Shown here piece by piece: positions 11,629-20,399 of a DNA stretch of 28,418 bases (positions are counted from its first letter, which is position 1; every line of letters begins with the position of its first letter). A program made the translations under genes and the position numbers. Source of the stretch: Macrostomum lignano (lineage: Eukaryota). The stretch covers positions 1 through 28,418 of the forward strand of contig NIVC01005023.1 of NCBI GenBank assembly GCA_002269645.1. Reading direction: 5' to 3'. Below the pieces are notes generated by a model. It was not told where the DNA came from. It saw nothing but the letters and a program-made list of their open reading frames with translations, and made no database searches.

Positions 11629-14600
11629 CTGCGAAGAGAGTCAGGGATGCTTTTGTGAGGGATTAGCGATGATTTTGTAACTGCGAGCTTGGGATTCGGG
11701 ATCATGGGAGTGTGTCTGTGGGATCATTTGCAAGATCTGGGATGTGGGATGTGGGTCGATGGGATCATTTCTAGGATCCGGAATGTGAGTCAATGTGATC
11801 ATTTATAACATTCAGGATGTGACTTAATGGGATTATTTGTAGGATCCGGGATGTAGGTCAATAGGATTATTTGTAGGATCCGGGATGTGGGTCAAAAGGA
11901 TTATTTGTAGGATCCGGGATGTAGGTCAATAGGATTATTTGTAGGATCCGGGATGTGGGTCAATGGGATCATTTATAGGATCCGTGATGTGGGTCAATGG
12001 GATCATTTATAGGATCCGTAATGTGAGTCAATCGGATTATTTATAAGATTCGGGATATGGGTCAATGGGATCATTTATAAGATTCTGGATGTGGGTCAAT
12101 GGGATTGTTTTTAGGATCTGGGACGTGAGTCAATGGGATTATTTGTAGGATCCGGGATGTAGGTCAATGGGATCATTTGTAGGATCCGGGATGTGGGTCA
12201 ATGGGATCATTTGTAGGATCCGGGATGTGGGTCAATGGGATCATTTGTAGGATCCGGGATGTGGGTCAATGTGATCATTTGTAGGATCCGGGATGTGGGT
12301 CAATGGGATCATTTATAGGATCCGGGATGTGGTTCAGTTCAATGGGTCAGTGTTTATCTGCGCATCTGCCACACAAAAGTAATCAAATTCACAATCTCAA
12401 TTCTAGGTCACTTTGGGATCTCTGGGAGTGGTCCCACCTGCACATCGCCACCCACGCTACTTGCAGCGATATTAGATTCGAAACTCTCACCTCGTCTTCT
12501 TCGTAGATCGCGGACGGAACAACCGACCTCTGCTTTGCGATTCCCTGGCGAATTTGTGCCTTTGAAAATGATTTTTATTCGCTGTTAACTATATTTTAAG
12601 CAATAGTGTTTGATTCTTTATTAGAAACTTCAATCGAGTGAAATCGAGAAAATTCAATCATTATGATAGAAAAATGAGTTTGCGACTACTATTAGTAATA
12701 GTCCTGAATTTTTAGAATCAGAAAAAAATCTATCAAGCACAAACTTTGAAAATCCAGGATTGATTTTTTCATTAAAAGCGCCTTTTCATTGGATGAAAGC
12801 TGCTTTCAAACGCTGCTTCAAGGAGTGCCTTGTTATGAAATTCTGAAGCTCCGAAGGCGAGAATAAAGTGAGCATTGCTGGCCTCACCTCAAACCTCTCC
12901 GTCTTGGCTTTGAGCTCTTCGTTCTCCTCCGTCAGCTTGTCGATCGCGCTTCGGTCCTCCCTGCTCTGCTCCTTCGATTCGTTCAGCTGCAGCCGAAGTT
13001 CGGCCACCTCGCCGGTCAGACGGGCGGCCGCCTCCTGCGAAGGTCGGCCGGGAAGTTGAAGTAGTGGCGAAGTGATTTAACAGCACAATTCATTTCAGTA
13101 GCAGCAACGGTACTGACCTCGGTCTCCTTGGCACGGCTGTCCAACAGGTCTTTAAGTCGCTGGATTTCCTTCTCCAGTTCAGCTATGCGTGCATCGCGTT
13201 CGCTCAGCTCGGCCTTGAGCAGTTGGATTCAAATCATATTTATCATCGCTATACATTTCTCTGTGCAATTTCTGACGTTTTCGTGTTCAATTTGGGACAT
13301 TTTCGTGTTCAATTTGGGACATTTTCGTGTTCAATTTGGGACGTTTTCGTGTTCAATTTGGGACGTTTTCGTGTTCAATTTGGGACGTTCTCGTGTTTAA
13401 TTTTGGACATTTTCGTGTTCAATTTGGGACGTTTTCGTGTTCAATTTGGGACGTTCTCGTGTTCAATTTGGGACGTTTTCGTGTTCAATTTGAATCGTTT
13501 TTATGGTCAGTTTGTACTATTTTAAGTTTAAATTTGAACCGTTTTCGTGTTCTTGAGCTACGAACTAAACCCGTTAGACACAAACGAAGTTCTAAGTACT
13601 AATTCTAGTTTATTAGATTTCTTTTTTTCGAGCTAGATACTAAAGCTCTCAAATGGTAGAAAAAAATTCTTAGAATCCTACTGAAGTATAATGCAGGTGG
13701 GATTCCTACGAGCGTAGGTGTACATGAAGCTGCGCAGTTGAAGAACTTCCTGTTTGCTAGGGCAGTTTGGTTTATATTCCTTGTCAAAGCCGTGCGAGTT
13801 ACCTTGTGAGTCTCCCTCTCAGCTTCTAGCATGGCCTTCAGCCGGGCGATCTCGGACTCGAGCTCCGTCTGCACGCTGCCCAGCTGGTCTCCGTGCTGCT
13901 GAGCCAGCTGCTGCACCTCACGCTCGTGCTGCTCGACAAGGAGAGTCCGCTCGGCCTCGTACTGGACCCCCAGATCGGTCATCTGGCGCATCAGGGCCGC
14001 CATGCGGCAGTCGTGCTGATCAATGATCTCTTTGAGCTGCTCAGTCGTGGCGCTGCGCATCTGATCGGCCTCGAGCTGGTGCTTCTCCTGCTCCGCCTTC
14101 ATTGCCCGGTCCATGTCTTCCACTTGCTGTGTACAGGGTGCAGGGTAGGCAGGGTTGAGTTAGCTGGTTTGCGACAAAATCGTGAGAGGGCATTCTGTCG
14201 TTTCTTTGTCACTTCAATTGTTTGTTTCACTCGGTATAACATCGTTTCGGATTACTTTCTCTCGACTTTTTTAAACGACTGCAAAGTGACTGGGAAACGA
14301 CGGGTCGTTGCGCTTATTCGTTGTAACGCGTTTTCAATCTCTTGAGTAACGCCTTGAAAGCGAATTTACCGTCAGAGAATTGCTTTTATAGTCTAGTGTT
14401 TGCTTTATATCTAGCTTAATCCTTGCTCAAGTACTTCCCCGACTTCTCTGTCGCTTTTCAATAATTTTGCGGACGTTTTAATCGTTTGTTATCGAGCACT
14501 TCAATTGGTGGTTATCAAACGCTTTAAAGCGCTTTTCAGACTTCAATCACTGTTTATTCACCTGTCAAGCAACTACCAAGGTCAAAGAGGTAAAGAGGTA

Positions 14601-17264
14601 AAGAGGTAGATTGTGAGAGTTAGATTGTGAGAGGTAGATTGTAAGAGATAGATTGTGAGAGGTAGATTGTGAGAGATATATTGTGAGAGGTAGGTTGTAA
14701 GAGGTAGATTGTGAGAGGTAGATTGTAAGAGGTAGATTGTGAGAGATAGATTGTGAAAGCTAGACTGCCAGAAGTGTATTGTTAGAGGTGGAAAACGAGA
14801 CCTAGATTTTGAGTTGTTGCTTAGTTCGGAAAAGTTACCCAAAAAGCCTTAGACAGTTCTTATCTCTCCATTGCCTTGAGCTTTTTGACGAGTCGTTCGT
14901 CGCCTTGCAAATTCCCCTGGAGCTCATTACAGCCTGCCTAATGCAGAACACTTGGGAGTTCAACTAAATAGGTTCTTTATCAGCACTTTTCTGTTCAGGT
15001 GGAAAAGTCAGTTGCTACTATCAGGAGCTTGTCAATTTGCAAAAGTACGCAAACTTTCTGTAGACGAAGAATAAATAATGCAGGCTAATGGCGCCCTAGG
15101 GGCTGCTTTGAAAACTACTCAAGGAGGGGCTGCTCACTTTCTTTGTCCGCTCCTTCTGCTGCCGCATCGTCTCCTTGGCCTCCACCTCGAGCTGTCGATT
15201 CCTGACCCGAGCTTTGCGCCTGCTGACAAAATCCTTCTCATAGTCCGGCAGCTTGCGATGCTTCAGACAGATGATGGCTGATGGGGTGACGGAGGATTTT
15301 GAATGTCTTGGTCAACAATTTTGAAAAGGGTGCGTCTAGTTTGTGGTTGAAGCAGCTGCTGCACTGCAGCTGGTTTTGAATGGCCGAAGGCTTGAGCCAC
15401 CAGTGCTCCCTGGTTACAGTGTGCGGGCTTCCCCACCGTAGAAGACGCTCTGATCAACAGAGTAGTTGAATTGATAGGCAAAAATAATAATAAACGATTT
15501 TCATTCACTGGGGGCTATTGCGCGGCGCATCTGAAGGGTTACCTGTTATCTGAAGGACACAAATTGTTCAGTCGCCAGTCCGACACTCCAACCACTAGGC
15601 TACAACCCCTCAGGCTGCATCCTCATTATAGGTGACACCACCAACGTAGAGCATATGGAACACGAGACTTCCAACGGCTGACGAACTGACCCGCTTTAGC
15701 AGTGCGGACCAGAAATTTATGTTGCAAGTTATCAGTGCTACTAAAAATATTCCAGATTGCAAGGTGAGAATAGAGATCTTAAACAAAACCACTTCGGCAC
15801 CTGCTGCAACCACAAACCAAAAACTATTGACGGATTTCAACCTGCGCTCCAAACTCTGCACGTTTTGCATGCTTGGTAGATTTAAGGCTGCAGCTGATCT
15901 ACACTCACCTGTGACCCACTTGTTCCTGATGGATATGTTGTTGGCCTCGAATACCATTGGCTCCTTGGCGTCTTTGCCGTTCTTCAGCTGGAAGCGCACG
16001 GGCCTGTTGTTCTTGTCGTAAATTGGGGTCACTTCAGTGCACTCGCCGATGGGAATGAAGGCCCTGGGGTTGCTGCTGTCCACCTCGGCTGGGTTGTCCG
16101 CGAAAGCCATGCCGAGCTGGTACAGCACGCACCACTTAGGGTGCTGGGTGTGGTTCTTCTTCACCGGCAGCAGAAAGCCCTGAAATTCCATTCTAGTGTG
16201 TTTAGACCCTGATGGATTAGGGACTAACAAGTTCACGGACTAACAAGTCGTCTCTTTCAGTTTATCTCTCTACCTCGCTTTATCCGTCACTCTTGTTGAG
16301 TATACCTAAACTCACATTAAGGTGGATGCCCTCGAACAGGCGGATGTTGAGCTCCTGCATGGCGTTCTCAACGTACTTCAAGTCGGGATTGCCCTCGCCA
16401 TCCAGGACGTACATGCCGTTTTTCTCATTTAGCTTGGCGTTGAACCGGACCAGGGCTTCCTGGAAGTTCAGTGCGGTGCTCCCCATCACCTCCTTCTCCT
16501 TGCGACTTGGAGTGTTCGTGGGCAGCGCCATGACCTTCAGGACCACGTTGGCCCAGTAGTCCACTTCCTCCCAGTCCATGACCACCGGATACAGAATCCG
16601 CTCGTTCTGGTGGTCCCGCTCCGCAAATGTGGTGAAAATTTTCCACCAGATCTTCGTGCACTCGTCCGTCAGCATGGAAGTGTGCTGGTCTTTGACCTGA
16701 GCTCGGCAGAGAACCCAGCACACCTCGTGCACTCTCTCGACACAGATCTTCTGCTGCTTCACGCTCTTCTCTTTCACCAGAGTCTGCACCGCCTCGTGGA
16801 TGACGCTGTCAAGGTACAGCCTGCACTCTACCGTGTCCAGCTCTTTCGGGGCGCTTGTGTCGAAAATTTTGAGCAGCTCGCTAAGATTTCCATCGGCTGA
16901 CAGGTTGTGGGACAGAACCTGCATGAGCATGGAGGGTTCATATGAGGTCATTCTGATTCCAAGCTTACGACTTCAATGGCTTTTGCACTCAAACGCAAAC
17001 GCAGACCATACTAAATGACCCTCAGACCATACTAAGTGACCCTCAGACCATACTAAATGACCCTCAGACCATACTAAATGACCCTCAGACCATACTAAGT
17101 GACCCTCAGACCATACTAAATGAACCTCAAATCATACTACTCGTAAATGACTCTCAGACCAAACTGTGACTCACCTGCAGCTTGGACCTCTTCACGGCGT
17201 TCTCATTCGGCTCTTTCAATGTCTGCAGAGCCTGCCAGATCATGGGCTTGATGGCGTGGAGCAT
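11512..17264 (-). CDS. SWAP70: SWAP70/DEF6-like protein (N-terminal EF-hand-like region, PH domain, coiled-coil tail), 9 coding exons, about 613 aa
   Basis: Exons: 17264-17175, 16918-16316, 16179-15909, 15277-15138, 14126-13803, 13213-13118 (acceptor uncertain), 13034-12888, 12544-12491, 11628-11512. Splice phases are compatible. MIWQALQTL..KRSKLQ|VLSHNL matches SWAP70/DEF6 IWHAFTAL..SKSQLK|VLSHNL; CWVLC, KIWWKIF..YPVVM..EEVDY and PH GFLL..KWCVL..KWVTAI also match (family sequences recalled from memory). Confidence 0.85.
11717..12332. repeat. 34-bp minisatellite GGGATCATTTGTAGGATCCGGGATGTGGGTCAAT, about 18 copies (SWAP70-like intron 8)
   Basis: Tandem units read directly. Confidence 0.95.
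12491..12544 (-). CDS. SWAP70-like exon 8
   Basis: GIAKQRSVVPSAIYEEDE, donor GTGAGA. An alternative in-frame acceptor would start the exon at 12559. Confidence 0.65.
12888..13034 (-). CDS. SWAP70-like exon 7 (coiled coil)
   Basis: TTCGCAG acceptor, EAAARLTGEVAELRLQL...KTERFE, donor GTGAGG; 49 codons. Confidence 0.85.
13118..13213 (-). CDS. SWAP70-like exon 6 (coiled coil)
   Basis: AELSERDARIAELEKEIQRLKDLLDSRAKETE, donor GTCAGT. The only nearby in-frame acceptor is AAG. Confidence 0.7.
13274..13552. repeat. 22-bp minisatellite TTTTCGTGTTCAATTTGGGACG, about 10 copies plus a degenerate end (intron 5)
   Basis: Tandem units; they explain ORFs 13223-13525 and 13327-13602. Confidence 0.95.
13803..14126 (-). 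CDS. SWAP70-like exon 5 (coiled coil)
   Basis: ACACAG acceptor, QVEDMDRAMKAEQEK...ERETHK, donor GTAACT; 108 codons. Confidence 0.88.
14583..14758. repeat. 14-bp minisatellite GAGAGGTAGATTGT, preceded by (AAAGAGGT)3 (intron 4)
   Basis: Tandem units read directly. Confidence 0.93.
15138..15277 (-). CDS. SWAP70-like exon 4 (end of PH domain, start of coiled coil)
   Basis: ATCAG acceptor; AIICLKHRKLPDYEKDFVSRRKARVRNRQLEVEAKETMRQQKERTKK; donor GTGAGC. Missing from the ORF track. Confidence 0.82.
15909..16179 (-). CDS. SWAP70-like exon 3 (PH domain)
   Basis: Acceptor TTTCAG, GFLLPVKK...NKWVT, donor GTGAGT (phase 1). Confidence 0.88.
16316..16918 (-). CDS. SWAP70-like exon 2 (VLSHNL...FEGIHLN)
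   Basis: Acceptor TGCAG at 16919, donor GTGAGT at 16315; 201 codons within ORF 16280-16951. Confidence 0.9.
17002..17160. repeat. 21-bp minisatellite ATGACCCTCAGACCATACTAA, about 7 copies (intron 1)
   Basis: Tandem units read directly. Confidence 0.93.
17175..17264 (-). CDS. SWAP70-like exon 1 (MLHAIKPMIWQALQTLKEPNENAVKRSKLQ)
   Basis: ATG at 17264, donor GTGAGT at 17174; 30 codons. Confidence 0.8.
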
Positions 17265-17546
17265 TCTCACCTGGCTCTGATGTGCGGATGTTCAGATAAA
17301 CAAACAAAAAAGATCTCTAATGCAAACAGAAGCCAAACTAAGTGAAATTGTTGATGCTATGCAAAACAGCAGAGACCAACGAACTTCCAGAAGTGCCCAG
17401 GCTAAAATAGCCAAGTCGCGGAGAAGAGCAGCAAGTGGGGGGCCCTGCACGATGCGCGAGAAATGTGCATTGGGGCGGGGGCACAACTTGCTCCAATGGT
17501 GGAATGCTTTTCTACTATTTACGCACAAAACACTCCCGATCGGGGC

Positions 17547-17572
17547 AGAGAGAGAGAGAGAGAGAGAGAGAG
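17547..17572. repeat. (AG)13 microsatellite
   Basis: Read directly. Confidence 0.9.
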
Positions 17573-17974
17573 ATGTTCCACATGAATGCCAAGGTTTTAG
17601 CGAGAGAAATACGTAGAGAGATATAATACGAAAATTGCGCATATTGGCTAGGGGGGGGGCTGTTACAAGGTTGTGCAGGTACGAGCCGAGACAGAGACTG
17701 AACAAGACGTCACTGCGGTAGACGCGCAGAAAAATAAAAGAAATATATACGCTTGAGTAAATAAGTCTGAGCATGGCTAGACTTCTCGTTTAGGAAGTTT
17801 GTTTGTTTACAAGGAAGCCTGGAAAAAATCAATAATGCAATAAAACTGGCTATCCTTTTTTATGCCACAGAAATAAGGACCGGCCCTATTTCTGTAGTGT
17901 TCTAATTAAGTCTTTTAAGACCGCTTATTAGATTAAGATTTGTTAGATTAAGACTTCTAATAAGCCGTCATTAA

Positions 17975-18455
17975 TCTAACCATAACCATAACCCTAACTC
18001 TAACCTAACCAAACCCAAACCAAAACCTAAACGTAACCCTAACCATTATTTTTTGAGACGTAGGGGCTGTGTGCATCCTGGCGCACTTCAAGCGACATTG
18101 TCACACAACCGGCGAGAGGCATTACTGCCCATTCCACCGACTCCCCTGAGCAGGCACGGATACGTACGCAGGCACACACTCACACAGTAGTGTACAGCGG
18201 CCCTAACTTTATTTATCGTTAGACATGTACACTTCACTGCGCCTTGGGGGTTGGCCCTCAATGGCGTTGATTTCACGAGCCCCAAATTAAAGTGACTTCA
18301 TGCACTTGGAATCGAGCCTGGGCCGCTGGCACATCAGAGCGCCGCGCTTGACCACTGGGCTACGGCTCTAACCCTAACCCTAGCTCTAGCCCTAGACTCA
18401 ACATTAATTCAAACCTTAGTCATAGACGCCAGCCCTACTTCTAGTCCCTAACCCG
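17975..18455. repeat. Degenerate telomere-like (TAACCC/TAACCA) tract interrupted by a SINE-like element
   Basis: TAACC(C/A) units at 17975-18044; more degenerate units at 18369-18455. Confidence 0.7.
18045..18368 (-). mobile_element. tRNA-derived SINE-like element (324 bp) with A-rich tail and 11-bp flanking direct repeat
   Basis: Minus strand: A-box TAGCCCAGTGG (18362-18352) and B-box GGCTCGATTCC (18318-18308) are 33 nt apart. There is no tRNA acceptor stem and no internal T4. The 3' end is AAAAAATAAT, and TAACCCTAACC flanks both ends (18034-18044, 18369-18379). Confidence 0.72.
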
Positions 18456-18891
18456 TACCCTTGCCCAATGCTGCAGCACCTTATCTACAGTACCTTATCA
18501 CAATGGCCAGCAGTTGCAGATTTAACGCAGACGTCAGTTTCTATTTTCTAAGGCCGTCTACCGTCCAGGTATCGTACCACTCTTGTTTCGGCTCGTTTAA
18601 AGGTCCGAGCTATTTTTATAACCCTACTAAATATGCTATTATAGTCAGCCTAGGTGGGCACTGTAAAATTTATCAAGTGCAGACTTGCTAAATATAGGCT
18701 ACTTCACGGATAAGCCATCGTTGATGCATGCTAAACTGCTTATAGCATTAGTACTGACAGCGATGTATTCAGTGCAAAGTCATTGACTTCTGTTCCCTAG
18801 AAGGAATGACTTTATGACTTCCTTAAAAGTACTGAAATGGGCAGGGTATGATCAATTATAGAGCGATCTTGGTAGCTTAGCGATAGTGAGA

Positions 18892-19226
18892 GAGTAGAGA
18901 TTCAGTAGAGAGTAGAGATTGGGTGAGATTCAGTAGAAATTAGGTGAGATTCAGTATGGATTAGGTGAGATTCAGTATAGATCGGGTGAGATTCAGTAGA
19001 GATTGGTTGAGATTCACTTGAGATTTGGTGAGATTCAGTAGACATTGGGTGAGATTCAGTAGAGATTGGGTGAGATTCAGTAAAGATTTGGTGAGATTCA
19101 GTAGACATTGGGTGAGATTCAATAGAGATTGGTTGAGATTCACTTGAGATTTGGTGAGATTAAGTAGATATTGGGTGAGATTCAGTAAAGATTGGGTGAG
19201 ATTCAGTGGGTGAGATTCAGTAAAGA
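18892..19226. repeat. 21-bp minisatellite GAGATTCAGTAGAGATTGGGT, about 16 copies
   Basis: Tandem units; they explain ORFs 18902-19108 and 18961-19479. Confidence 0.95.
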
Positions 19227-19665
19227 TGAGAGAATAGACACTGTGCCACAAAAGCAGCAATTCTGTGGTTTGGTAGCTCGTAATCGACCAGTAGGTGAAG
19301 GAATACGAGATTGCAGGTATATTTGAATTAGTAAAACCAGGTGAGCAACTTTGTGATTGCAACAGCAAACGGAAACAAAAATATTTCATTGACGGTTGAT
19401 TGCATCTTCCGAATAAACAAGCATATGCATATCGCGTATTTACAATTTTTGGGCCAATGCATATTGTGCATTGCAACAATCAAATCATATTATTGTCGTG
19501 ATATAAGTAGTATCGCTCGCTTAAGGGCACCACTACCAAATCAAAGATTCTTTGATCCGCGGTAAGATACGATACCGCGGAGATTTATAATATAAACCTC
19601 TCCATTATTAATCTTTCGGACATTGAAAAGATCTGATGATTACTCAACTAAGGACGAGCCGAACT

Positions 19666-19778
19666 ATCAATCAATCAATTAACCAATCAACTAATCAATC
19701 AATCAATCAATTAACCAATCAACTAATCAATCAATCAACCAATCAATCAGTCAATCAATTAATCAATCAATCAATCAG

Positions 19779-19857
<79 letters not shown>

Positions 19858-19987
19858 GCCAATCAATCAGCCAATCAATCAGCCAATCAATCAATCAATC
19901 AATCAATCAGCCAATCAATCAATAAATCAATCAATCAATCAATCAGCCAATCAATCAATCAATCAATCAATCAGCCAATCAATCAAT

Positions 19988-20033
<46 letters not shown>

Positions 20034-20034
20034 G

Positions 20035-20081
<47 letters not shown>

Positions 20082-20120
20082 GCCAATCAATCAATCAATC
20101 AATCAACCAATCAATCAATA

Positions 20121-20150
<30 letters not shown>
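19666..20150. repeat. (AATC)n microsatellite, about 120 units, abutting the GT7 gene stop codon
   Basis: Read directly; it explains the QSIN ORF 19636-20121. Confidence 0.97.
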
Positions 20151-20151
<1 letters not shown>

Positions 20152-20399
20152 AGAAACTGGAGCTCCTTGGCGGCTGTCCCAGATCAATGAGGAAGTGGGT
20201 GTACAGCGGTCTGCTCTCGCTGGCCACCAGGCTGTAGCTGAGGCTGTTCAGGCCGTCAAGCCGGTACCGCTTGGAGCTCAGGTAGAGCAGTTTGTACCTG
20301 ACTTCGTTGAGAATTTCTTTGCGAGCCTGATGGCGAATCATGCGGTAACGCGCCAGGCGCGGATTCGGCCTGGTCACCAGGAGGCCCACGGACCGGATT
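20147..20399 (-). CDS. GT7 terminal exon D
   Basis: CTCTCCAG acceptor, IRSVGLLVTRP..RMIRH..DGLNSL..YTHFLIDLG, stop TGA 20149-20147. Confidence 0.88.

Noticed and set aside
15610-15908. C-terminal half of ORF 15610-16236 and ORF 15263-15508
   Set aside because: These are read-through into intron 3 past a strong GTGAGT donor; family similarity resumes at exon 4.
18300-18368. Functional tRNA gene
   Set aside because: A and B boxes are present, but the 5' end does not pair with a 3' acceptor strand and no T-run terminator follows. It is treated as a SINE head.
19636-20121. Gln/Asn-rich prion-like QSIN ORF
   Set aside because: It is a translation of (AATC)n.
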